Below, one piece after another: positions 8,489 to 16,734 of a stretch of DNA of 22,482 nucleotides. The notes beneath the pieces were generated by a model. That model was given only the letters and a program-made list of their open reading frames with translations. It was not told where the DNA came from and did no database searches. Positions within the stretch are counted from its first letter, which is position 1; each line of letters starts with the position of its first letter. The stretch comes from a virus. Its lineage: Duplodnaviria > Heunggongvirae > Uroviricota > Caudoviricetes. The DNA is taken from the IMG/VR virus record IMGVR_UViG_2531839146_000018; one strand, written 5' to 3'. The position numbers and the translations under genes are program-made.

Positions 8489-8699
8489 AACCTACGATGT
8501 GCATATGGATCCCCTCGAACGCACAAGCCAGATCATCACACTGACAGAAGTGATTAATGACATTCTGGTGAGCAACTCTCCCTCACGAGACGAAAAACTG
8601 AAGGCGTTACTCGCGATATTGGATCTCGCCGTTCGTGACGTTCATTTCCTGCTGGAAGGTGGCGAAATGCCAGGAAAAACGGGGGCAACCAATGAATAA
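8481..8699 (+). CDS. Small hypothetical protein (72 aa; MIKTYDVHMDPLERTSQIITLTEV...)
   Basis: GGAGGTG Shine-Dalgarno 5 nt upstream of the ATG; stop overlaps the next start (ATGAATAA). Confidence 0.6.
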   Translation: MIKTYDVHMDPLERTSQIITLTEVINDILVSNSPSRDEKLKALLAILDLAVRDVHFLLEGGEMPGKTGATNE

Positions 8700-8886
8700 C
8701 TCAATTAATGCCCCTCGACTTACGTCCGCACTTCAATTAATCGAGCAAGCAGCGGCTGTCCTGGTTGCTGTCAGTCTTTCGGCTGAAGAAATGGACGCTG
8801 CTGATGTCGTGGATGCGATTAAAGCGTGCTCATCTTTGGTTAACGATGCTCGTGCAGAGCTGGTAATTCTTGGGGGTGAAAAATGA
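8692..8886 (+). CDS. Small hypothetical protein (64 aa; MNNSINAPRLTSALQLIEQAAAVLVAV...)
   Basis: Translationally coupled to neighbours through overlapping stop/start. Confidence 0.55.
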   Translation: MNNSINAPRLTSALQLIEQAAAVLVAVSLSAEEMDAADVVDAIKACSSLVNDARAELVILGGEK

Positions 8887-9146
8887 ATATCAACTTAATT
8901 TATCGTCATCCGTGTGAGCTGGAAATTGAATCATTGCTGAGCCGTGAAGAGCCATATCCAGACACATTCACTCTTGCAGATCGCACGACTGAACGGCTTA
9001 CCAGAGCGCGCACAGGTCTGGTTCATGTGATGAATGAGATTCTTCCATCGGTGGGAGGGGAACAGGCGACAGTAATCACTAGCTGGCTACAAAAAGTTAC
9101 CTCTCTGATAGATATCAGTTTAATCGATGCGGAGAGTGCGAAATGA
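8883..9146 (+). CDS. Small hypothetical protein (87 aa)
   Basis: ORF with overlapping start/stop coupling on both sides. Confidence 0.6.
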   Translation: MNINLIYRHPCELEIESLLSREEPYPDTFTLADRTTERLTRARTGLVHVMNEILPSVGGEQATVITSWLQKVTSLIDISLIDAESAK

Positions 9147-9364
9147 CCAACATCCAGCTCATTGAAGCACAATGTCGCATCGAACAGGTTCAGACTGTTT
9201 TAGGGTTCTGGCTTGAAGGGGCCAGCCCCAGCAACAGAGACAAGTTAATGATTGGCGCGGTTATGTCACTGCTCAATGGCGTACCAGAAGCTATTCAGGA
9301 AGCAGACGAATTGTTGGGCAAATATGAGTTACAGAATCATTCAGGCGAGGCGAAACATGAATAA
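9143..9364 (+). CDS. Small hypothetical protein (73 aa)
   Basis: ORF with overlapping start/stop coupling on both sides. Confidence 0.6.
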   Translation: MTNIQLIEAQCRIEQVQTVLGFWLEGASPSNRDKLMIGAVMSLLNGVPEAIQEADELLGKYELQNHSGEAKHE

Positions 9365-9959
9365 TTTCTTAACTTTCCATGCAGAAGCAACGCCTGACGG
9401 CGTAAACATCATGTACCGCAGCAACGATGGAATGACAGAACGCGTTGAGGCCGTCTCATATATTGATGCCGTAAATCGTCTGGATGCCGGGGATTATGAC
9501 GATAAACCAGATGAAGGTATGTCAATACATCTCGCTATAGCCGATGGCGGCAACCAGGGATATTTCGATTACACATCACAGCATAACGTCATTATGTGGA
9601 GATGGCTGATCGCAACAGTATTCATGCTGGAAATGAGAGAGGAAAACGGCACTGTCAGCATCATTGATGATACTGGCAATCCTTCCGAAGTGGCTGTTTA
9701 TTCCAACGGCATCGTCGCCATGCCGCTGTATCCAGTAGCAGAGCGCCTCGCTATGGCAAACAACATTGAGGGCGCGATGATAGAACGTTTTGGCATCGAG
9801 TCTGGCACAGAACGCGCCATCATTTTCTACAGAGCCATGATGGATGTGGAACAAGGAGCACTGACTCCATTTGGTCGTGAAACGCTTGCTGAACTTCACA
9901 ACAGCTTTATAGCTGAACTGAATGAAAACGGCATGCCAGCGGAACCAGTGACGCACTGA
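9357..9959 (+). CDS. Hypothetical protein (200 aa from the ATG at 9357; MNNFLTFHAEATPDGVNIMYRSNDG...)
   Basis: ATG overlaps the previous stop; the ORF track's upstream extension (9252) is probably not translated. Confidence 0.65.
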   Translation: MNNFLTFHAEATPDGVNIMYRSNDGMTERVEAVSYIDAVNRLDAGDYDDKPDEGMSIHLAIADGGNQGYFDYTSQHNVIMWRWLIATVFMLEMREENGTVSIIDDTGNPSEVAVYSNGIVAMPLYPVAERLAMANNIEGAMIERFGIESGTERAIIFYRAMMDVEQGALTPFGRETLAELHNSFIAELNENGMPAEPVTH

Positions 9960-9969
9960 GGATGGAACC

Positions 9970-10311
9970 ATGATTACTAAAAATTTCCGACTGAATGCGC
10001 TGGCAAATAAGTATGCGTCGGCACTGTATAAGCACATTACCTCCACCAGCGGCGGGGACTATTTCATGGTTGATGCGGACGGCGAGGCCGTCCGTGTGGA
10101 AATCGTCAATGGAGTAAAAGGCGTTCGCAGCCTGATCGATAGCTACACACTAGCAGCCATGAAAGTGTTCTACCCGCAGTGGGAAACCGTGGGGATCGAG
10201 CTTCTTGATCGTTGCGTCACTAAGGACGGATTGACTGACGTCGGGCGTGAGATATGGCAAAGCATGGTTAATGACATGGGCGCAACTGTAGCGGGAGGTT
10301 CTCATGCGTGA
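9970..10311 (+). CDS. Hypothetical protein (113 aa)
   Basis: ORF in the same-strand coupled block upstream of the primase. Confidence 0.65.
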   Translation: MITKNFRLNALANKYASALYKHITSTSGGDYFMVDADGEAVRVEIVNGVKGVRSLIDSYTLAAMKVFYPQWETVGIELLDRCVTKDGLTDVGREIWQSMVNDMGATVAGGSHA

Positions 10312-10675
10312 AAATGCAGAAATGGCGCTTAGCTCCGCAATCGGAGAGCAGGTGGCAAAGATTGCTGGTGCTGTGTGGATTCATAACCTTCATTCTACTG
10401 GTGAAGAGAAAATGGCAATTCAGACGCCAGAGGGACGCACCATTACTACATCTCTGAAGCCGTCAGATGTTTGTGATCTGATTTGCGCATTCATGTACCC
10501 AGCAATGAGGACTGCCCACGGCGATAAGTGGAAACTTGCGACAACCGCTGAATTTGATATGTGGCTAAACAATGATGGCATGCTGACTGATTACGGAATA
10601 ACCAAGTGGCAGATGCTGGTTAGCCATATCGCAAACGCTATAGACCACGTGGGGTACGGTGATGCGAAACATTGA
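10304..10675 (+). CDS. Hypothetical protein (123 aa)
   Basis: ORF overlapping both neighbours; immediately precedes the primase. Confidence 0.65.
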   Translation: MRENAEMALSSAIGEQVAKIAGAVWIHNLHSTGEEKMAIQTPEGRTITTSLKPSDVCDLICAFMYPAMRTAHGDKWKLATTAEFDMWLNNDGMLTDYGITKWQMLVSHIANAIDHVGYGDAKH

Positions 10676-13418
10676 TCTTATCCGTCAGGTTATCAGTGCG
10701 TCTGAAAACAACTGGCCTCATGTGCTGGGCTGCCTGAACATAAATGTCCCTGACTCTCCGCGCCGTCATGCTCCCTGCCCTGCATGTGGGGGCAAAGATC
10801 GATTCCGGTTCGATGACAACGGGCGCGGTAGCTTCATCTGTAATCAGTGCGGCGCTGGTGATGGGCTGGATTTAATTAAACGCGTAAATAACTGCGACAC
10901 AACAGAGGCGGCGCTTCTTGCCGCTGATGTTCTGGGTATTGATTACCGGACAACGGAAACACCAGAAGCCACCAGCCAGAAACGGGAACAACTGGAAACC
11001 GAGCGCCAGCGACGCGAACAGGAGCGCCTGAAAAGGGCAGAGAAGGACGAACAACAAAGACGGGATACGTTTTCCCGTCAGTTTGATGACATGCGCAGAA
11101 AGGCTGTAAACGGCAAATCTGATTATCTGGTTGCGAAAGGGGTAGGTGATTTTACATTCCCCGTGTTGCCCGATGGATCTCTGTTGCTGGCGCTGGTGGA
11201 TAAATCCGGCGCAGTCACAGCAGCACAGACAATTACCTCACATGGTGAAAAAAGACTCCTGACAGGTTCAGCAAAGCGGGGGGCATATCACGCCATAAAC
11301 GCACCAGAAACAACACAGAGCATCTTAATCGCAGAAGGGCTGGCAACGGCATTATCTGCCCATTTAATTCGTCCAGAGGCGCTGACAGTGGCGGCGATTG
11401 ATGCCGGGAACCTGTTATATGTCGCCCAGGTACTGCGGGATAAATTTCCTTCAGCACAAATCATCATTGCTGCGGATAACGACCACAGCGAAGGAAGACA
11501 AAACACGGGGAGAATAGCAGCAGAAAAAGCAGCTTTATCTGTTTCTGGATGGGTGGCATTACCCCCGACAGATCACAAAGCAGACTGGAATGATTACCAC
11601 CAAAAACACGGCATTAAATGCGCCACAGAAGCGTTCAATAAATCAATGTACCAACCACAGGGTAATGGCGTGAAACAGGAGCCACAGACCATTGAAGGAA
11701 GCGATTTTAAGGTTATGGATACCGACCCACTGAAACCAAGAATAGAAAGCCGCGAGGATGGTATTTATTGGGTATCTCCGAGAGCTGACAGCCAGAGTGG
11801 AGAAATCATCAATAACGAAAGCTGGTTATGTTCTCCGTTAAGCGTTATCGGTACTGGCAGAGACGATAAAGACCAGTATCTCATTCTGCGCTGGCTGTCG
11901 TTTGGTTCTGAAACGCCGACAACCGCTGCCATTCCACTGGCTGATATTGGTGAACGTGAAGGATGGCGCACACTTAAAGCTGGTGGGGTAAATGTCACGA
12001 CCAAAAGCAGCCTCAGAGCAATACTGGCAGACTGGCTACAACGCAGTGGCTCTCGTGAATTGTGGCGTGTTGCTCATGCCACTGGCTGGCAATGCGGAGC
12101 GTACATCATGCCTGATGGGGAAATCATCGGAACACCTGAAAATCCTGTGCTGTTCAGCGGGAGAAGCTCAGCCGCAGCCGGATATACCGTCTCAGGGAGC
12201 GCGAAAAGCTGGCGTGATAACGTGGCGCGTCTGGCCTTTGGTAACTATTCAATGATGACCGGGATCGGCGCAGCACTGGCAGCGCCATTGATTGGGCTGG
12301 TGGGCGCTGACGGGTTCGGCATTCATTTCTATGAGCAGTCGAGCGCAGGTAAGACCACCACGGCAAACGTGGCGAGCAGCTTATACGGCAACCCTGATTT
12401 ACTGCGGCTGACGTGGTACGGAACCGCGCTGGGGCTGGCAAATGAGGCCGCCGCCCACAATGATGGATTAATGCCGCTTGATGAAGTTGGTCAGGGCGCT
12501 GATCCTGTCAGCGTTTCACAGTCTGCCTATGCGTTATTTAACGGTGTAGGGAAACTGCAAGGCGCTAAAGACGGTGGAAACCGGGATCTAAAACGCTGGC
12601 GTACAGTGGCAATCAGCACCGGAGAAATGGATTTAGAAACATTTATCGCTACTTCCGGGCGAAAAACTAAAGCCGGGCAACTGGTGCGACTGCTGAATAT
12701 TCCGTTGAGTAAAGCAGTACGCTTTCACGATTATCAGAACGGAAAACAGCACGCAGACGCACTGAAAGACGCTTACCAGCATCACCATGGCGCAGCCGGG
12801 CGTGAGTGGATTAAATGGCTGGCAGACCACCAGCAACAGGCAATTAAAACTGTTCGTGACTGCGAAAGCAGATGGAGAAGTCTGATCCCATCCGATTATG
12901 GTGAGCAGGTTCACCGTGTAGCCGCGCGATTTGCCATTCTGGAGGGCGCATTGCTGTTAGGCGAGGTTGTAACAGGCTGGGATGCTCAGATATGCCGTGA
13001 TGCGATACAGCACAGCTATAACGCATGGTTGCGCGAGTTCGGCACAGGTAACAAAGAACATCAGCAGATTATTGAACAAACGGAGGCATTTCTTAATGCC
13101 TATGGGCTTAGCCGTTTTGCACCATTTCCATACAGCCCGGCAGATTTGCCCATCAAAGATTTAGCCGGATACCGTCAGCGTGGAGAACATGACGAAAGCC
13201 CAATGATTTTCTACACATTCCCGGCCACATTTGAAAAGGAGATCGCATGTGGTTTCAACGCAAAACAGTTTGCTGAAGTGTTGAAAAAAGCCGGGATGCT
13301 AACCCCACCAAACAGCGGTCGTGGATACCAAAGAAAATCACCACGTATTCAGGGACGACAAATAAACGTTTATGTACTCAATTACCAGCCGGGAGATTAT
13401 AACTCATCTGAAGAATGA
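10662..13418 (+). CDS. Satellite/PICI-type replication protein: primase-helicase with N-terminal zinc finger, Toprim and C-terminal P-loop NTPase (DUF927-like) regions
   Basis: CPACGG...CNQCGAGDG zinc-binding motif, Toprim-like acidic motif IIIAADNDHSEGRQNTG, Walker A-like FYEQSSAGKTTT; family identification recalled, not searched. Confidence 0.9.
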   Translation: MRNIDLIRQVISASENNWPHVLGCLNINVPDSPRRHAPCPACGGKDRFRFDDNGRGSFICNQCGAGDGLDLIKRVNNCDTTEAALLAADVLGIDYRTTETPEATSQKREQLETERQRREQERLKRAEKDEQQRRDTFSRQFDDMRRKAVNGKSDYLVAKGVGDFTFPVLPDGSLLLALVDKSGAVTAAQTITSHGEKRLLTGSAKRGAYHAINAPETTQSILIAEGLATALSAHLIRPEALTVAAIDAGNLLYVAQVLRDKFPSAQIIIAADNDHSEGRQNTGRIAAEKAALSVSGWVALPPTDHKADWNDYHQKHGIKCATEAFNKSMYQPQGNGVKQEPQTIEGSDFKVMDTDPLKPRIESREDGIYWVSPRADSQSGEIINNESWLCSPLSVIGTGRDDKDQYLILRWLSFGSETPTTAAIPLADIGEREGWRTLKAGGVNVTTKSSLRAILADWLQRSGSRELWRVAHATGWQCGAYIMPDGEIIGTPENPVLFSGRSSAAAGYTVSGSAKSWRDNVARLAFGNYSMMTGIGAALAAPLIGLVGADGFGIHFYEQSSAGKTTTANVASSLYGNPDLLRLTWYGTALGLANEAAAHNDGLMPLDEVGQGADPVSVSQSAYALFNGVGKLQGAKDGGNRDLKRWRTVAISTGEMDLETFIATSGRKTKAGQLVRLLNIPLSKAVRFHDYQNGKQHADALKDAYQHHHGAAGREWIKWLADHQQQAIKTVRDCESRWRSLIPSDYGEQVHRVAARFAILEGALLLGEVVTGWDAQICRDAIQHSYNAWLREFGTGNKEHQQIIEQTEAFLNAYGLSRFAPFPYSPADLPIKDLAGYRQRGEHDESPMIFYTFPATFEKEIACGFNAKQFAEVLKKAGMLTPPNSGRGYQRKSPRIQGRQINVYVLNYQPGDYNSSEE

Positions 13419-13440
13419 GCTTCTTCATGTGCGTAGAAAA

Positions 13441-13555
13441 GGTGTTGGTTCAGTTGGTTCAGTTGGTTCAATTTGTAAAGAGTATTGTTTTATAAGGATT
13501 TTATTCTTTTTATTGAACCAACACTGAACCAACAATACGGTATTTTGAACCAACA
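13441..13555. repeat. Iteron-type replication origin candidate: three direct GTTGGTTCA repeats (13444-13470), AT-rich spacer, three inverted TGAACCAACA repeats (13514-13555)
   Basis: Repeats read directly; location immediately downstream of the primase gene matches ori placement in P4/PICI-type elements. Confidence 0.7.
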
Positions 13556-13662
13556 CAATGTGACTGAATTGATGCGCACAACACCTGGCTGGCATCAGAG
13601 AGTGTTTTACGAGACTTTCGTAAAATCCTGTGTACAAGGGCGTGACGTTTTTGAAAGTGAGC

Positions 13663-13681
13663 ACTACGAAATTTTCGTAGT
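13663..13681. promoter_or_regulatory. Perfect palindrome ACTACGAAA-T-TTTCGTAGT; the same half-site motif (CGAAAATTTCGTAGG) recurs twice at 21539-21575
   Basis: 9 bp inverted arms read directly; shared motif at the right end suggests a common DNA-binding protein site. Confidence 0.4.
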
Positions 13682-13874
13682 TCAGAAAACAGGCCCTGAG
13701 AAGTTGTTATGCCTGTTCAGCAAACCATCCGCATAGCTGATCGCGAATCAAATTACCAATGGAGCCAGAAGTAAGGGCAGAACTGAAAAGCGCCTGCCGT
13801 GAAGAGTAATGCGACACCATAAATATAGTTTTTAGAGTCCATAAAAAACCTGTCAAAACCTGACACACAGAACG

Positions 13875-13908
13875 ATGCCACCAGCTACTGAACGGTGGCA
13901 TTTTTTTG
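13875..13908 (+). terminator. Rho-independent terminator candidate (8 bp stem ATGCCACC/GGTGGCAT, 11 nt loop, followed by TTTTTTT)
   Basis: Hairpin plus a 7-T run read directly. Confidence 0.6.
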
Positions 13909-14002
13909 TGCTATTTGTTTCATATTTTGCAATTACGATGATGAATATTGCGATTTGTGAAACTATAATAACTGTTGTTTTATACAGTTCTAAGGGGGCG
14001 TT

Positions 14003-14164
14003 ATGGCTGTTTCAGTAAAGCCGGTATTGATAAGTGAGAAGCAAATGGAAGCGATAAAGAAAATTCAGGAAGAGCAGCGTAAAAAATCAGGAATTGGAGT
14101 AGCGCCAACTCTGCATGAAATTGCACGAGGGTTAATAGATAAGGCGCTGGCAGGCTGTATGTGA
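14003..14164 (+). CDS. Small protein (53 aa; MAVSVKPVLISEKQMEAIKKIQEEQRKKSGIGVAPTLHEIARGLIDKALAGCM), possibly a ribbon-helix-helix type DNA-binding regulator
   Basis: Strong AAGGGGG Shine-Dalgarno 3-4 nt before the ATG; beta-strand then two-helix pattern typical of Arc/CopG-like proteins; not in the ORF track (under 60 aa). Confidence 0.5.
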   Translation: MAVSVKPVLISEKQMEAIKKIQEEQRKKSGIGVAPTLHEIARGLIDKALAGCM

Positions 14165-14180
14165 AAATGGATGGCATCGC

Positions 14181-14642
14181 ATGGAACTAAAATTTATTGA
14201 TAACCCTGTGCGATTACAGGCCTTTCTTAACGAGCCTGGCAATACCGAAAATATTGTTGAGCCGGGGCACACGTACTACATCAAGCCTGATGCGGTATAT
14301 CTCGGCATCTACGAAGGATTAGTGCTGGCCGGCGTTCATGAAGTGCGTAACTTCTGGCATAGCGTTGTTGAATGCCATGCGGTGTACGACCCCGGATTCC
14401 GTGGTGAATATGCACTGCAAGGTCATCGATTATTCTGCAAATGGCTTCTCGAAAACTCACCATTCCTTAACAGCGTCACCATGGTTCCTGACACAACGAA
14501 ATACGGACGGTCAATTATCCGTTTGCTTGGCGCTACCCGTGTTGGTCACCTGGCCGATGCATATATCAGATGTGGTAAGCCAGTCGGCGTAACGCTTTAT
14601 CAGTTAACGCGGCAACAATATAAGGAACTCAGCGAATGTTAA
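14181..14642 (+). CDS. Hypothetical protein (153 aa), first gene of the four-gene cargo operon; unknown function
   Basis: ORF tightly followed by three overlapping downstream genes; no domain recognised. Confidence 0.7.
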   Translation: MELKFIDNPVRLQAFLNEPGNTENIVEPGHTYYIKPDAVYLGIYEGLVLAGVHEVRNFWHSVVECHAVYDPGFRGEYALQGHRLFCKWLLENSPFLNSVTMVPDTTKYGRSIIRLLGATRVGHLADAYIRCGKPVGVTLYQLTRQQYKELSEC

Positions 14643-15313
14643 TTACCCATATAGCTCATAAACATCTCAATCGTGCCGTATACGAAAAAGGCGGTGATGG
14701 TGGTGCCTCTAAAGCCCAGGCGAAGGCCCAGCAGCAGGCAATTGATTTGCAGCGCGAGCAGTGGAATACGGTGATGAATAATCTCAAGCCGTATGCAGAA
14801 GTCGGATTGCCTGCTTTACAACAACTACAAGGACTGATGACTCTGGAAGGGCAGAATAAAGCCGCGAATGATTTCTTTGGTTCTGGTTTATATAAAACAC
14901 AGGCAGATCAGGCCCGTTATCAGAACCTTGTCTCAGCAGAAGCTACCGGGGGGCTTGGCTCAACAGCTACCAGTAACCAGTTATCTTCCATTGCGCCCAT
15001 GCTTTATAACAATTGGCTCAGTGGGCAAATGCAAAATTATGGAAACCTGCTAAATGTCGGGATGAATGCGGCATCAGGGCAGGCAACAGCAGGGCAAAAC
15101 TACGCCAATAATACCGGACAACTCTTGCAGGGGCTTGGCGCTATTCGTGCAGGTCAGGCGCAGCAGCCATCCAGTCTTGCGCGTGGTATTGGTGGGGCGG
15201 CATCAGGCGCTTTAGCGGGTGCGCAACTTGGTTCCGTTGTTCCGGGTATAGGTAATGTCGCCGGGGCTATTGGTGGTGGGCTTATTGGTCTTGTTGGGGG
15301 GCTTGGATTCTAA
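14636..15313 (+). CDS. Low-complexity Q/A/G-rich protein (225 aa) with glycine-zipper-like hydrophobic C-terminus; candidate ejection/injection (P22 gp7-like) protein
   Basis: Start overlaps the upstream stop; composition and C-terminal GGLIGLVGGLGF segment; the P22-like assignment rests on size, order and composition only. Confidence 0.75.
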   Translation: MLITHIAHKHLNRAVYEKGGDGGASKAQAKAQQQAIDLQREQWNTVMNNLKPYAEVGLPALQQLQGLMTLEGQNKAANDFFGSGLYKTQADQARYQNLVSAEATGGLGSTATSNQLSSIAPMLYNNWLSGQMQNYGNLLNVGMNAASGQATAGQNYANNTGQLLQGLGAIRAGQAQQPSSLARGIGGAASGALAGAQLGSVVPGIGNVAGAIGGGLIGLVGGLGF

Positions 15314-16734
15314 TGGCGACATGGCAACTTGGCGGGCTGCCTGGCATGGCACCGCAAAATGATAATGCTCCTCGTTCTTCCGTTCCTCAGCCTGTGCAGT
15401 ATCAGCAGCAGCCAAACGTAGGTTTAATGGCGCTACAGGGGCTAAGAGGCGTTGCTGAGATTAATCAGCAGGCACGTCAACAACAGCGTAAAGCAGAGTT
15501 TCAGAAAGCATATGCCGGGGCTTTTGAGTCTGGAGACAGAAACAAAATGCGCAGTCTTATTTCTGAGTATCCAGAAGAATTTGAAAGCGTTCAGAAAGGG
15601 ATGGGCTTTATTGATGACGACCAGAGAAATTCTATTGGTCATCTTGCGACTAGTGCTCAAATCGCATCTTCGCTCGGAACTGGGGCATTTGGAAAATTCA
15701 TAGCAGATAACGAAGATGAAATGCGTCGCTTGGGAATTTCTCCTGAGTCTGTTGCCGAAATGCATGTTAATGATCCACAGGAATTCCAGCGGCTTGCTGG
15801 TAGTATGGCACTGTTTTCTCTCGGTCATGAGAAGTACTTCGATATCAAAGATCGAATGGAAGGTCGGGATATTGAGCGTGGCAAGTTGGCAGAGACAATC
15901 CGCAGCAATCAGGCTGGAGAGGCGCTTCAGGCGAGAGGGCAGGATATTAGCCGAGCAAATGCGTTAACGTCAGCATATGCACCAACAGCCGCAATGCAGA
16001 ATTACAATCAGTACGCGCAAATGTTAAAGGCGGATCCAGAGGGGGCAGCGGCATTTGCGGCAGCGGCTGGAATTAATACAAACGCCAAAAAATTAATGAG
16101 TGTTAGGGAAAACGATGATGGCACTGTCACAAAATACTACACAGACGGAAGTGAAGAGCAGGGAAAACTAAACCAGCCAATATCTGGAGATGGGTTTCGT
16201 CCAATAGCTTTGCCAACAGCTCAAAAGATCATGGAAAAGTCGCCAGAAGGGGCTAAAAAAGTTGCTGGATTTGCATACAGAGTTAGGGATGCTCTTGATT
16301 CAATGGATACACTGAAAGGCCAGCTTAGCCCACAGCGAGTGGCGATCATTAATAATGCTTTGGGTAATGGGACGCTGGCTAACTTAACGCTCAGCCCAAC
16401 AGAGCAGCAATACGTTGTTAATGCTAATGACGCAATAATGGCAATACTCCGTCAGGAAACAGGGGCAGCAATCGTACCTGCTGAAATGTCAAAATATTAT
16501 CAAATGTATTTCCCTCAGCCTGGCGACTCCACAAAAACCATTGATACCAAGCGCCGGAAGATGGAAAACCAGTTCAATTCGCTGAAAGCTGCTTCTGGTC
16601 GAGCTTATGATGCTTTGCGTGTTATTTCAGCAGTTGACAGAGGAACTTCTTCTTCGTCGCAGACATTGCCGCAATCTGAGCAGGTATCACAGCCAGCAGC
16701 CAGCAGTAATTTTTCTTCACTATGGGGTGATTAA
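15313..16734 (+). CDS. Low-complexity Q/A/S-rich protein (473 aa); candidate ejection/injection (P22 gp20-like) protein
   Basis: TAATG start/stop overlap with neighbours; size close to 471 aa recalled for P22 gp20; no sequence-level confirmation. Confidence 0.8.
   Translation: MATWQLGGLPGMAPQNDNAPRSSVPQPVQYQQQPNVGLMALQGLRGVAEINQQARQQQRKAEFQKAYAGAFESGDRNKMRSLISEYPEEFESVQKGMGFIDDDQRNSIGHLATSAQIASSLGTGAFGKFIADNEDEMRRLGISPESVAEMHVNDPQEFQRLAGSMALFSLGHEKYFDIKDRMEGRDIERGKLAETIRSNQAGEALQARGQDISRANALTSAYAPTAAMQNYNQYAQMLKADPEGAAAFAAAAGINTNAKKLMSVRENDDGTVTKYYTDGSEEQGKLNQPISGDGFRPIALPTAQKIMEKSPEGAKKVAGFAYRVRDALDSMDTLKGQLSPQRVAIINNALGNGTLANLTLSPTEQQYVVNANDAIMAILRQETGAAIVPAEMSKYYQMYFPQPGDSTKTIDTKRRKMENQFNSLKAASGRAYDALRVISAVDRGTSSSSQTLPQSEQVSQPAASSNFSSLWGD

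Noticed and set aside
11233-13164. Short ORFs inside the primase gene on either strand
   Set aside because: Embedded in a long, motif-supported gene; Arg/Ser/Pro-rich translations typical of off-frame reading
13425-13901. ORFs 13425-13664 (-), 13485-13736 (+) and 13707-13901 (-)
   Set aside because: They run across the iteron repeats, the AT-rich spacer and the terminator; their translations reflect repeat sequence (for example EPTEPTEPT) rather than protein
13927-13972. Sigma-70 promoter for the cargo operon (TATAAT at 13964-13969)
   Set aside because: A perfect -10 hexamer is present, but no -35-like hexamer sits at a 16-18 bp spacing (TTGCGA is 10 bp away, TTGCAA 31 bp), so a promoter cannot be supported from sequence alone
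15442-15967. ORFs on the minus strand and in alternative plus frames inside the 473 aa cargo gene
   Set aside because: Embedded in a longer, translationally coupled gene; likely artefacts
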